Source of the DNA: Dehalococcoidia bacterium
Lineage (GTDB): Bacteria; Chloroflexota; Dehalococcoidia; DSTF01; RBG-16-68-14
Assembly (NCBI GenBank): GCA_040882355.1
Contig: JBBEBM010000022.1
Coordinates: forward strand, 1-35,336
Reading direction: 5' to 3'
Length of the DNA: 35,336 nt
Part shown: positions 8,344 through 17,514 of the stretch, in pieces
How positions within the stretch are numbered: position 1 is the first letter of the stretch
Layout of the letters: the number at the start of each line of letters is the position of its first letter
Translations under genes and position numbers: made by a program
The notes under the pieces: model-generated
The model's input: the letters and a program-made list of their open reading frames with translations, nothing else
The model's database searches: none
What the model was told of the DNA's origin: nothing

Positions 8344-8634
8344 TTAGTGGCGTTCGGTGCGGGTGCGAAAGGCGCGACGCTCTTCGTCCGTCTTCGCCTC
8401 GAAGTATTCCTTGTTCTTCTCGGTGAAGCTGCGCTGGTCCTCCGGCACGTCCTCTTCGTAGAAGATGGCGCTCACCGGGCAGACCGTCTCGCAGGCGGCG
8501 CAGTCGATGCAGACCGTCGGATCGATGTAGTACTGCTCGTCGTCATCGCTGGAGTGGATGCAGTCGACCGGGCAGACGTCCACGCACGAGGCGTCCTTCA
8601 CGCCGATGCATGGCTCCGTGATCACGTACGTCAT
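8344..8634 (-). CDS. 4Fe-4S (7Fe-type) ferredoxin
   Basis: MTYVITEPC..VKD.SCVDVCPVDCI and CIDCAACE.VCPV.AI. Confidence 0.95.
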   Translation of the reverse strand: MTYVITEPCIGVKDASCVDVCPVDCIHSSDDDEQYYIDPTVCIDCAACETVCPVSAIFYEEDVPEDQRSFTEKNKEYFEAKTDEERRAFRTRTERH

Positions 8635-8637
8635 CGA

Positions 8638-8994
8638 TCACTCCTCCGGCTCGGCGAGGCCCACGGACGAAGCACGCAACGTCAGCGACGCCCGTACACC
8701 GGGCTTTTCGACCTCCACGTCGCCGCCCTGGAGGCGCGCCTGGCAGGCGAGCCGGACCGGCTGCTGGAGGATGCTCGGGCCGCGCTCCTCGGTCAGCACC
8801 CGCTCCTCCGACCGCCCGCGCGGCGAGAGCTGCTCCATCCCCGAAACCACGACGCAGGCGCAGGTCGTGCAGCGCCCCTCGCCGCCGCAGGTCGTGGGCC
8901 AGTAGTAGCCCAACGCCTCGGCGGCCTCCATGATCGTGGCGCCTTCAGGGGCCTCGAACTCCAGATTCAGGGGTAAGACGCGTACCTTCGGCAT
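8638..8994 (-). CDS. 2Fe-2S ferredoxin
   Basis: CGGEGRCTTC...RLACQ motif. Confidence 0.92.
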   Translation of the reverse strand: MPKVRVLPLNLEFEAPEGATIMEAAEALGYYWPTTCGGEGRCTTCACVVVSGMEQLSPRGRSEERVLTEERGPSILQQPVRLACQARLQGGDVEVEKPGVRASLTLRASSVGLAEPEE

Positions 8995-9053
8995 CGGGTC
9001 CTCGTTCCCCTTAGTTTAGCATACGCTTGGTTACTAAACACCGCGATCCCGGG

Positions 9054-9081
9054 TTGGCCGCAAGCGCCGGTTAGCTATAAT
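9054..9081 (+). promoter_or_regulatory. Putative sigma70 promoter of the malic enzyme gene
   Basis: TTGGCC-16 nt-TATAAT (9076-9081). Confidence 0.5.
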
Positions 9082-9119
9082 GCACGCGCTCGACTCACCC
9101 GAAAGGAGCCTCTCTCGCC

Positions 9120-10577
9120 ATGGTTCGTCGCTCCGGCGCGGCCGAGGGATTCGTCCCCGTCGCCAGCTACAGCATCATCGTTCGCGCCCAGTACCCCAAC
9201 AAGCCTGGCATGCTGGGCATGATCGCCTCGGCCATCGGCGAGGCGGGCGGCGACATCGGCGCCGTCGACCTCGTGCGCACGAACCACACGCAGATCGTCC
9301 GCGACGTCTCCATCGGCGTCCGTGACGCCGAGCACGGCCGCAGCGTCCTCGACACGATGCGCAAGCTCAAGGGCGTGACAATCCGCAGCGTCTCCGACCC
9401 GGTCTTCCAGGTCCACGAGGGTGGCAAGATCGAGATCCACAACAAGACCGCCGTCACCAGCCGCGGTGACCTCTCCCGCGTCTATACGCCCGGCGTCGCG
9501 CGCGTTTGCATGGCCATCCACCGCGAGCCGGAAGCGGCCTGGTCGCTGACAGTGAAGAAGAACGCCGTCGCCGTGGTCACGGACGGCACGGCCGTCCTCG
9601 GCCTCGGCGACATCGGCCCGCTCGCCGCCATGCCGGTGATGGAGGGCAAGTCGATGCTCTTCAAGGAGTTCGGCGACGTTGACGCCTGGCCGATCTGCCT
9701 CGATACCAAGGACCCCGATGAGATCGTCAACACGGTGAAGTACCTTGCCCCCGGCTTCGGGGGCATTAACTTGGAGGACATCTCCGCCCCGCGCTGCTTC
9801 GAGATCGAGGAGCGGCTGCGCAAGGAGCTCGACATCCCCGTCTTCCACGACGACCAGCACGGCACCGCCGTCGTCACGCTCGCCGCCCTGCTCAACGCGC
9901 TCAAGATCGTCAAGAAGGAGCCGTCCGACCTCAAGGTCGTCGTCTCGGGCGTGGGCGCCGCCGGCGTCGCCTGCGCGAAGATCATGATGTCGGTCGGCGT
10001 CCAGCACATCATCGGCTGCGATAGCCAGGGCGTCATCTACAAGGGTCGCAAGCAGGGCATGAACTCGATGAAGCAGTGGTTCGCGAAGAACACGAACCAG
10101 ACCAACTGCAAAGGCACCCTCAGCGACGCGATGGAGGGCGCTGATCTCTTCCTGGGCGTCTCCGCCCCGAACGTGCTCACGGCGGACGATCTGAAGAAGA
10201 TGAACAAGAACCCGATCGTCTTCGCCATGGCGAATCCCGACCCCGAGATCCGCCCCGAGCTGGCGGCCCCCCACGTGCGGGTGATGGCCACGGGCCGCTC
10301 CGACTTCCCCAACCAGATCAACAACGTCCTCTGCTTCCCCGGTCTCTTCCGCGGTGTGCTCGACGCGCGCGCCTGGGCGATCACGGAGCCGATGAAGATC
10401 GCCGCCGCCGAGGCCATCGCGAGCTGCGTGGCGAAGAGCGAGCTGAGCGACGAGTACATCATCCCGTCGGTCTTCAATCGCGCCGTCTTCCAGAAGGAGG
10501 CGAAGGCCGTCGCTGAGGCCGCCTTCGCATCGGGCGCCGCCGAGCGCCACCGCAAAGTGCACCCGGTCTACATCTAG
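9120..10577 (+). CDS. NAD(P)-dependent malic enzyme with N-terminal ACT domain
   Basis: YTPGVA, VTDGTAVLGLGDIG, MEGK, INLEDI, FHDDQHGT, G.GAAG, ATGRSDFPNQINNVL; AAGGAG RBS. Confidence 0.95.
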   Translation: MVRRSGAAEGFVPVASYSIIVRAQYPNKPGMLGMIASAIGEAGGDIGAVDLVRTNHTQIVRDVSIGVRDAEHGRSVLDTMRKLKGVTIRSVSDPVFQVHEGGKIEIHNKTAVTSRGDLSRVYTPGVARVCMAIHREPEAAWSLTVKKNAVAVVTDGTAVLGLGDIGPLAAMPVMEGKSMLFKEFGDVDAWPICLDTKDPDEIVNTVKYLAPGFGGINLEDISAPRCFEIEERLRKELDIPVFHDDQHGTAVVTLAALLNALKIVKKEPSDLKVVVSGVGAAGVACAKIMMSVGVQHIIGCDSQGVIYKGRKQGMNSMKQWFAKNTNQTNCKGTLSDAMEGADLFLGVSAPNVLTADDLKKMNKNPIVFAMANPDPEIRPELAAPHVRVMATGRSDFPNQINNVLCFPGLFRGVLDARAWAITEPMKIAAAEAIASCVAKSELSDEYIIPSVFNRAVFQKEAKAVAEAAFASGAAERHRKVHPVYI

Positions 10578-10595
10578 CCAGGGCAGGAGATCGCC

Positions 10596-11087
10596 ATGCC
10601 CACCACGCTCGCCGAAGGCCAGCCCGCGCCCGACTTCACCGCCGAGACCGACAAGGGCGAGACGGTCAGTCTGAAGGACTTCGCCGGCAAGCACGTCGTG
10701 CTCTACTTCTACCCGAAGGACGACACGCCCGGCTGCACCACCGAAGCCTGCAACTTCCGCGACAACTTCGGCATCCTGGAGTCGGAGGGCGCTGTGGTGC
10801 TCGGCGTCAGCCTGGACAGCGTGCAGTCGCACCAGAAGTTCCGCGACAAGTTCGAGCTGCCGTTCACGCTCCTCGCCGACCCCGAGCACACGGTGTCGGA
10901 CGCGTACGGCGTCTACGGCCAGAAGTCGTTCGCCGGCCACGACTACATGGGCGTCGACCGGGCGACCTTCGTCATCGGCCCGGACGGCACGCTGGAGCAG
11001 GTCTGGCCGAAGGTGAAGCCGGACGGCCACGCCCTCGAAGTGCTCGCCTGGCTGAAGGAGCACAAGGCGGCGAAGCAGGACGCCTGA
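10596..11087 (+). CDS. bcp: Thioredoxin-dependent peroxiredoxin (BCP/PrxQ)
   Basis: LYFYPKDDTPGCTTEACNFRD motif. Confidence 0.95.
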   Translation: MPTTLAEGQPAPDFTAETDKGETVSLKDFAGKHVVLYFYPKDDTPGCTTEACNFRDNFGILESEGAVVLGVSLDSVQSHQKFRDKFELPFTLLADPEHTVSDAYGVYGQKSFAGHDYMGVDRATFVIGPDGTLEQVWPKVKPDGHALEVLAWLKEHKAAKQDA

Positions 11088-11122
11088 CGACCTCAAGCGA
11101 ACGCGTTGGCGTCACCTGGCCC

Positions 11123-11602
11123 CTACTCCACGACGATCGTTCCCTCCATCCCGTGACCGCCGCCGCCGACCAGCTTTACGCCGTCCGGCGCGCCCAGGAT
11201 CGCGCCCAGGATCGGCGGGTGCAGCGTGCAAACGTACGTGTACACGCCCGGCTCGTCGAACGTTCTCGTGTAGCCGTCGCCTAGCTCCATCACACCGGAG
11301 TCCCAGGCGCCGTCGGCCGCCGTGGCTGTGTGCGGTACGCCTCCATCGTAGTTGACCCAGGCGACCGCCTCGCCGGCGCGGACCCGCACCGGTTCGGGAT
11401 TGTAGGCGAAGCCGCTGATCACGACCTCAGCAGCGCCCTCCGGTACCGCGTTGACCGCCACGACGGGCCCGGGCGTGTTCGCCGGCGTGTTCGTGACGGC
11501 GACCGACTCCGCGCCGCCGCTTCGTATCGCGACGACCAGCGCGGCGACGGCGATCGCGAACGCTACCACGACGCCCAACTCGAATGCCCTTCGTTCAACC
11601 AT
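11123..11602 (-). CDS. Exported plastocyanin/amicyanin-like cupredoxin
   Basis: GGAGG RBS; N-terminal TM/signal; W.N....PHTAT, WDSG, F..PG.Y.Y.C.LHP...M.G.I.VE. Confidence 0.85.
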   Translation of the reverse strand: MVERRAFELGVVVAFAIAVAALVVAIRSGGAESVAVTNTPANTPGPVVAVNAVPEGAAEVVISGFAYNPEPVRVRAGEAVAWVNYDGGVPHTATAADGAWDSGVMELGDGYTRTFDEPGVYTYVCTLHPPILGAILGAPDGVKLVGGGGHGMEGTIVVE

Positions 11603-11612
11603 GGTCCACCTC

Positions 11613-12410
11613 CTAGCGCAGCGACTCGGCCACGCGAATCGTCTCGGCAAACGAGAGCTCCGTCTCGAGCCGGTAGGTGATTCCATCGCGTTCCCAGAGC
11701 AGCGTCGGCCGGTGCACGTTGCGGACCGACGCATCGATCTCCTCCCCGTTCTCGTCTTCGTACGCGGCGCCGTGGCCGCCGAGCGGCACCCACAGCGCGG
11801 GCTCGCCTGCCACCGTGACTTCGCTCAGTCCTTCCGGCACGCCCTTGATGAACTTCCCGCGCAACCGCGATTGGTGCAGCTCGAAGCCCTCTTCTTCATA
11901 CTGAAGGATGACCACGATGTCGCTCGGGAAACGCTGGACGTACACAGCGGACGGCGCGCCCGTGCCGGCCGGGTAGGTAGGGAGGCGGAGCGGGAAGTCC
12001 ACGAGCGTCTGCGCCTCGGCCAGCGTCGTGCGATCGGCGTAGGCCTCCGGTCCGCGCACCACCGCTGTTTCGACGGGAACCGGAGCCGTCTGGATGCGCA
12101 CCTCCACGTGACGCAGCCCGAAGAAGTCGGCAACCGCCGTGCGCGAGTCCGGCACCGCCACGATGATCGCTGCCGCGAACAGCGCCGCCGCCAGCCCCGC
12201 GACGCCAATCCGGATCGCGGGCACAGCGAGCCAGTCGCGCGCCGTCTCTCCGAACCGCGCGCGGGGCATGGCTCGCTCGGTAGCCGGCTCCGCAAGACGC
12301 GACGCCACAGCAGGGGCAACGGCCGGTGTCGGCGGATACGAGATGGCGTCTGCGGCCCGCCTCAGCAGCGCATCGATGGCGGCGAGGTCCGGGCCGATTC
12401 CTTCCTTCAT
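11613..12410 (-). CDS. Putative anti-sigma factor (single TM, extracytoplasmic domain)
   Basis: Overlaps the ECF stop (ATGA); central TM; LAEAQ..VDFP..LPTY and L.W..DG.TYRLE motifs of DUF4367-like anti-sigma tails. Confidence 0.7.
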   Translation of the reverse strand: MKEGIGPDLAAIDALLRRAADAISYPPTPAVAPAVASRLAEPATERAMPRARFGETARDWLAVPAIRIGVAGLAAALFAAAIIVAVPDSRTAVADFFGLRHVEVRIQTAPVPVETAVVRGPEAYADRTTLAEAQTLVDFPLRLPTYPAGTGAPSAVYVQRFPSDIVVILQYEEEGFELHQSRLRGKFIKGVPEGLSEVTVAGEPALWVPLGGHGAAYEDENGEEIDASVRNVHRPTLLWERDGITYRLETELSFAETIRVAESLR

Positions 12411-13003
12411 CGCCGCCCCTCCGGCCCGTCAGGTGCCCGCGCCGGGGGCGGCATCAAGTCCGGGTAGCGTTCCTCGATCACACGCCGCAGCTTCTTGAGG
12501 GCGCGGTGCAGGCGAGACTTGACCGTGCCGATTGGACGGCCGATCGTCGCCGCGGCCTCAGCTTGAGGAACGTCCAGGAAGTAGTGCAGGTACAGCACGG
12601 TCTGCTCCTCGTGGTTGAGCGCGCCGACCGCCTGCCACACACGGCGAGCCAGCTCCATCCGCTCCAGCTCTCCTTCCGGCGACTCGACGTGGCGCGCGGT
12701 CGTCGCGTCCCGCTCGTAGCGCTGCATCCTTGCGTCCCTGCGGCGGGCGCTGCGTATCTTGTTGAGGGCCTCGTTCGTCACGATGCGCAGCAGCCAGGGA
12801 CGGAACGACCGGTGTCGATCGAAGCGGCTGAGACCGCGGTAGGCCCGCAGAAAGGCCTCCTGCGCAACGTCCTGCGCCTCCGCCTCGTCCCGCACGATCA
12901 GGTACGCCGTCCGGAACGCGATCTCCTCATACTGCCGTACAAGCGATGCGAAGGCTTCGACGTCGCCCTGCTGGGCCCGCGCTATCGCGGCCGGCTCGTC
13001 CAG
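12407..13003 (-). CDS. ECF RNA polymerase sigma-70 factor (start uncertain; CTG at 13003 follows the best SD)
   Basis: GDVEAF..LV..Y, AQDVAQEAFL.AY, FRPWLLRIV.N, GTVKSRLHRA. Confidence 0.9.
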   Translation of the reverse strand: MDEPAAIARAQQGDVEAFASLVRQYEEIAFRTAYLIVRDEAEAQDVAQEAFLRAYRGLSRFDRHRSFRPWLLRIVTNEALNKIRSARRRDARMQRYERDATTARHVESPEGELERMELARRVWQAVGALNHEEQTVLYLHYFLDVPQAEAAATIGRPIGTVKSRLHRALKKLRRVIEERYPDLMPPPARAPDGPEGRR

Positions 13004-13139
13004 CTCTGGCCCCCTTCCGCGGAAGGACCCTGTTCTCCTGTCACAGCTAGTACACCGGCACAGGCCCTGAGGTTCCACGTACCGCAGCGACAGTGTAAAG
13101 GCTTCGTCCCCGCCGGACTCCTGATCGTGATCGGTGGTG

Positions 13140-14372
13140 TCAGGTCGTCGCCGGCGCGAACCCCACTCGCAGCTCGCGCGGGCCCCGATTGACGAAGCTC
13201 TCCTTGTATTCGGGCGGATCGGCCAGCAGCTCCAGCCAATCGAAGCGCCTGGCCAGCGTCCGGAACGCGATCTCGCCCTCCACTCGGGCGAGCGCCGCGC
13301 CCAGGCACGCGTGCAGACCGAAGCCGAAGCCCAGGTGCCGGCTGCCCTGCCGCGTGATATCGAAGCGGTCCGGCTCGGCGAACTGCGCTGGGTCGCGGTT
13401 CGCCGACGCGATGAGCAGCGCCGCCTGCTGGCCCTTGCGCACCGTCACGTCTACGAGCTCGACCTCCTCCAGCGCCGTGCGCGTCACCATCTGCACCGGC
13501 GAGTCGTAGCGCAGCACCTCCTCGACCGCGCCCGCCGCCAGCGACGGGTCGTCTCGCAGCTTGCCGAGCTGCTCCGGGTGTCGCAGCAGCGCCAGCACGC
13601 CGTTGCCGATCAGGTTCGCCGTCGTCTCGTGGCCCGCCGCGAGGAGCAGGATACAGGTCGAGAGCAGCTCGGCCTCCGTGAGCCGGTCGCCCGCCTCCTC
13701 CGCCGCGATGAGCGCGCTGATGAGGTCGTCGCGTGGCGACTTGCGCCGCTCGCCGATCAACGCGCGGAAATAGTCCATGAAAGCGTTGCCCGCGTGGCGG
13801 CGCCGCTCGACGACCTCAGGGACGAGCGCGGTGCCCGGGTCGAGGCCGCGCGCCAGCTCTCCCGACCACTCCTTGAACGTCTCGCGGTCGGACGGCGGCA
13901 CGCCCAGCAGCTCGCAGACGACGGTGACCGGCAGCGGATAGGCGAGGTCCTCGATCACTTCGAGCGAGCCTCGCTCCGCCGCGCGGTCGAGCAGCGCGTC
14001 GACGACCTGCTGGATGTGTGGCCGCAGCGCTTCGACGACCTTTGGGGTGAAGGCCTTGCTCACCAGCGCTCGCAACCGCGTGTGATCCGGCGGATCGAGC
14101 ACGAGGAAGGGCGGCGTCTTGCTCAGCGCCTCCTGCTCCGGGTCGAACAGCCCGCGCTCGACGGCGAAGCGGTACGCGTCCGAGTTGCGTTGGTCGCTGC
14201 TCCAGCGCTGGTCGCGCAGGACTGCGACGCAGTCCTGGTAGCGGCTGACGACGAAGGCGATCGGCGTTTCGTGGACCGGGTCTTCGTCACGCAGGCGAAC
14301 GTACGCGGGGTAGGGGTCGGCGCGGAAGGACGGGTCGCCCGGGTTGAAGACGATCGGCTCCGCGCGCAGCAT
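13140..14372 (-). CDS. Cytochrome P450 (copy 2)
   Basis: DPPDHTRLR, AGHETT, EEVLRYD, FGFGLHACLG heme motif; start MLRAEPIVFNP aligns with the paralog. Confidence 0.95.
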   Translation of the reverse strand: MLRAEPIVFNPGDPSFRADPYPAYVRLRDEDPVHETPIAFVVSRYQDCVAVLRDQRWSSDQRNSDAYRFAVERGLFDPEQEALSKTPPFLVLDPPDHTRLRALVSKAFTPKVVEALRPHIQQVVDALLDRAAERGSLEVIEDLAYPLPVTVVCELLGVPPSDRETFKEWSGELARGLDPGTALVPEVVERRRHAGNAFMDYFRALIGERRKSPRDDLISALIAAEEAGDRLTEAELLSTCILLLAAGHETTANLIGNGVLALLRHPEQLGKLRDDPSLAAGAVEEVLRYDSPVQMVTRTALEEVELVDVTVRKGQQAALLIASANRDPAQFAEPDRFDITRQGSRHLGFGFGLHACLGAALARVEGEIAFRTLARRFDWLELLADPPEYKESFVNRGPRELRVGFAPATT

Positions 14373-14389
14373 ACGTAAAGCGGCTGACG

Positions 14390-15622
14390 CTAGGAGACCG
14401 CGCTGAAGCCGACGGGCAGCGAGGCCAGCCCGCGCAGGACGATGTTCTCCTTGTACTCCGGCGCTTCGGTGCGCAGCTCCAGGCCTTGCACGCGTCGAAC
14501 GAGCGTCCCCAGCGCGATCTCGCCCTCGACGCGCGCCAGCGGCGCCCCCAGGCAGAAGTGGCTCCCGTAACCGAAGGCAACGTGGTGACTCGCGTCGCGC
14601 GTAATGTCGAACCGCTCCGGGTCGGGGAACTGCTCGGGATCGCGATTGGCTGACGCCAGCAAGAGGATCGCCTGCTTGCCCTTCGCCAGCGCGACGTCGC
14701 CGATCTCCATGTCTTCCAGCGGGATCCGAACGGTCATCTGCACCGGCGGGTCGTAGCGGAGCACCTCCTCCACCGCGTTCTTCGCCAGCGAAGGGTCGTC
14801 TCGAAGCTTCTGGAGCTGGTCGGGGTGGCGGAGGAGCGCGAGCGTGCCGTTGCCGATCAGGTTCACGGTCGTCTCGTGGCCGGCGACAAGCAGCAGGATG
14901 CACGTGGCCAGCAGCTCTTCGGCGGTGAGCTTGTCGCCCGCCTCCTCGGCCGCGATCAGCGCGCTGAGCAGGTCGTCCTTCGGCTCCGACCGCCGCTTCT
15001 CGATGAGCGCGCGGAAGTAGTCGGAGAACTGCGTGATGGTGCTCTGTCGCTGCTCCACTTCCTCGGGCGGCATGATCTCCATCGGGTCGAGACTGCGCGC
15101 CAGTGCGCGCGACCACTCCTTAAACGTGGCGTGGTCGGCCGTGGGGACGCCCAGCATCTCGCAGATCACCGCGACCGGCAAGGGATAGGCCAGGTCCTCG
15201 ATCACCTCCAGCGAGCCCTGATCCGAGCGGGCGCTCAACAGCTCATCGACGAGCTCCTGAATGCGCGGCCGCAGCCCCTGGACGACCTTCGGTGTGAAGG
15301 CCTTGCTCACCAGCCCGCGCAGCCGCGTGTGGTCCGGGGGATCGAGGAACAGGAACGGGCGCGCGCCGCCCAGGAACCCCTCGCTCGGGTCTTCGCCGTG
15401 CTCCGCGACGAACTGCTGGTGCTCCAGGGAGTTGGTGGCGTCGCTGCTCGAGCGCGCGTCGCGCAGGACCGCGACGCAGTCGGCGTAGCGGCTGAGCACG
15501 TACGCACCGAAGGGCGTCTCGTGGACGGGGTCCTCTTCGCGCAGCCGGCGGTAGGTGGGATACGGGTCGATTCGGAATGCCGGATCGAATGGGTTGAACA
15601 CGAGTGGCTCTGCGCTAACCAT
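14390..15622 (-). CDS. Cytochrome P450 (copy 1)
   Basis: GGAGGAGG RBS; DPPDHTRLR, AGHETT, EEVLRYD, FGYGSHFCLG. Confidence 0.95.
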   Translation of the reverse strand: MVSAEPLVFNPFDPAFRIDPYPTYRRLREEDPVHETPFGAYVLSRYADCVAVLRDARSSSDATNSLEHQQFVAEHGEDPSEGFLGGARPFLFLDPPDHTRLRGLVSKAFTPKVVQGLRPRIQELVDELLSARSDQGSLEVIEDLAYPLPVAVICEMLGVPTADHATFKEWSRALARSLDPMEIMPPEEVEQRQSTITQFSDYFRALIEKRRSEPKDDLLSALIAAEEAGDKLTAEELLATCILLLVAGHETTVNLIGNGTLALLRHPDQLQKLRDDPSLAKNAVEEVLRYDPPVQMTVRIPLEDMEIGDVALAKGKQAILLLASANRDPEQFPDPERFDITRDASHHVAFGYGSHFCLGAPLARVEGEIALGTLVRRVQGLELRTEAPEYKENIVLRGLASLPVGFSAVS

Positions 15623-15678
15623 GGCGCCTCCTCCGCTGCTACACCGCTGTCGCCGCCGGCTGCGCCCCTCGCTGCGAC

Positions 15679-15713
15679 AGAAAATGGGGGCCGTCGCTAG
15701 GACGGCCCCCATT
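15679..15713 (-). terminator. Intrinsic terminator-like hairpin between the cupredoxin genes and the P450s
   Basis: 13-bp stem AATGGGGGCCGTC / GACGGCCCCCATT with a TTTT run on the minus strand. Confidence 0.7.
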
Positions 15714-15742
15714 GTAGCACCGTGAGATTCGCCTTGCGAGCG

Positions 15743-16285
15743 CTACTCGGTAACTTCGAACGCTGTGTGCATGCCCTCCGTGTAGTGGGCCAGCGGTTCG
15801 CCGTTCGTCACTTCCTGGAGCACGTTGCAGATCAGCGCGTAGCTCCCGGCCTCGAGATCGAGGGTCAGCTCGCCCTCACCGGTCTGAGCGGGCAGCTCGT
15901 CCTCTTCGATCTCCCCGATCACGTCCACCTGAGCCTCGTCGACGGTGCCGTCGTCCGCTGTCGGCAGGTCCGCCGGGTCGAGGTCCGTCTTGATCACGAC
16001 GAGCTCGTGCGGCGTGCCGCCAACATTCGCCACGTTGAACGTCACCGAGCCCGCCCCTGTAGACGTCGGATCGGCGGTCACGCTGAACTCCGTCAGGCTG
16101 ATGTCGACGGCGCTCTCGCTCGACGGTCCGCCCGCCGGCTCGGTCGCAGTCGCCTCAGCGCCCGCTGGCTCCGTCGCGGTCGCGTCGGCGCCGCCTTCGT
16201 CGTCATCGCAGGCACCGGCGAACAACGCCAGCGCCAGCAGCGCCGCGATTGCACCTGCCAGGCCAAACCAACGCGTTCCTTGCAT
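15743..16285 (-). CDS. Cupredoxin (sulfocyanin/auracyanin-like) lipoprotein
   Basis: Lipobox FAGAC; PHELVVIKT; Y.LICN...HY.EGM copper ligands. Confidence 0.85.
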   Translation of the reverse strand: MQGTRWFGLAGAIAALLALALFAGACDDDEGGADATATEPAGAEATATEPAGGPSSESAVDISLTEFSVTADPTSTGAGSVTFNVANVGGTPHELVVIKTDLDPADLPTADDGTVDEAQVDVIGEIEEDELPAQTGEGELTLDLEAGSYALICNVLQEVTNGEPLAHYTEGMHTAFEVTE

Positions 16286-16319
16286 GCTTACTGCCTCCCT
16301 TCGATCCGTCCGCATCGGA

Positions 16320-16856
16320 CTACTCCGTGACCTCGAACGCTGTGTGCATGCCCTCCGCGTAGTGGGCCATCATTTCGCCGCCCTCGTGCTCCTCCTCGAC
16401 CAGGTTGCAGATGAGCGCGTAGCTGCCGGCCTCGAGATCGAGCGTGAGTTCTGTCTGACCATCCGGGGCGGGCAGCTCATCCTCTTCGGCCTCGCCGATG
16501 ACCTCGACCTGAGCTTCGTCCACGCCACCGTCATCCGTCACCGGCAGCTTGGCCGGCTCGAGGTCCGTCTTGATCACCACGAGCTCGTGGGGCTCGCCGC
16601 CGACGTTCTTGATGCTGAACGTCACCGAGCCGGCGGAGGCCGACGTCGGGTCAGCGGTCACACTGAATTCAGCCAGGCTGATGTCGACCGCGCTTCCGCT
16701 GGGTGTGCCCCCGGCCGGCTCCGTGGCAGTCGCCTCCCCAGCCGCTGGCGCCGTCGCCGTCGCGTCGCCATCGCCTTCATCGTCATCGCAAGCGCCCGCG
16801 AACAGCGCCAGCGTCAGGAATACACCTGCCAGCCCCAACCAACGCTTTCCTTGCAT
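16320..16856 (-). CDS. Cupredoxin lipoprotein, close paralog of the adjacent gene
   Basis: Lipobox FAGAC; PHELVVIKT; YALICN...HYAEGM. Confidence 0.85.
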   Translation of the reverse strand: MQGKRWLGLAGVFLTLALFAGACDDDEGDGDATATAPAAGEATATEPAGGTPSGSAVDISLAEFSVTADPTSASAGSVTFSIKNVGGEPHELVVIKTDLEPAKLPVTDDGGVDEAQVEVIGEAEEDELPAPDGQTELTLDLEAGSYALICNLVEEEHEGGEMMAHYAEGMHTAFEVTE

Positions 16857-16944
16857 GACTACCTCCCTTCGATCCTTCCGTCTCGGAAGCGATCCACTTC
16901 TAGACTACCATGTAGGACCGCTTAGGTCGCGTCCGAGACGCGGC

Positions 16945-17436
16945 TTACTGCGCGGTCAGGGTGCCGTTCATCGACGTGTGGATGTCGCACTGGAAGTAGT
17001 ACTCGCCGGCATCGAGGGCTGGCACGTCAACTGACCGTTCTGCCGGGCCCTGGAGCAGCTCTGACGAAGCGATCGGGTCCTCATTCGCATCGACCGCCGC
17101 CTGGCTGGCGTAGAGGGAGAACGTGTGACCAATGCCGTCATCGCTGTTCGTGAAGGCGACAGAGAAGGCCTCGCCTGCGGGCGCCTCCAGCGTATCCGTG
17201 CTGAACGCCGTGTCCTCCGCCTCGATCTCGAGCTCGGTGCTGCCGCTCGCCGTTGCCTCCGTGGTCGCCGTCTCGTCCGGCGCCTGGCTCGATGTCGCGT
17301 CCGGCTCCGTTGCCACGGGCGCCGTAGCCGTAGCATCACCGCCGCCTTCGTCATCGTCGCAGGCGGCGACCACGGCGCCGAGTGCCGTGACGGCGATCAC
17401 GGTTCCCAAGAGTCCCAACAACCGGTTCTTGCGCAT
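16945..17436 (-). CDS. Cupredoxin (plastocyanin-like) lipoprotein
   Basis: Lipobox VAAC; F.N.D...H; GEYYFQCDIHTSMNGTL. Confidence 0.85.
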   Translation of the reverse strand: MRKNRLLGLLGTVIAVTALGAVVAACDDDEGGGDATATAPVATEPDATSSQAPDETATTEATASGSTELEIEAEDTAFSTDTLEAPAGEAFSVAFTNSDDGIGHTFSLYASQAAVDANEDPIASSELLQGPAERSVDVPALDAGEYYFQCDIHTSMNGTLTAQ

Positions 17437-17514
17437 GGGTACCTCCTCTCCCTTACCTACGGCGCTGCGCGACATGGGGATCGGTGCCTTGCCCGCATCC
17501 GCCGCAAGCCCGCG

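Noticed and set aside
9075..11096. 673-aa minus-strand ORF
   Set aside because: Antisense shadow of the malic enzyme gene and bcp
13140..15116. 658-aa P450 fusion ORF
   Set aside because: The N-terminal 248 aa are an off-frame read of the upstream P450; the real start is 14372
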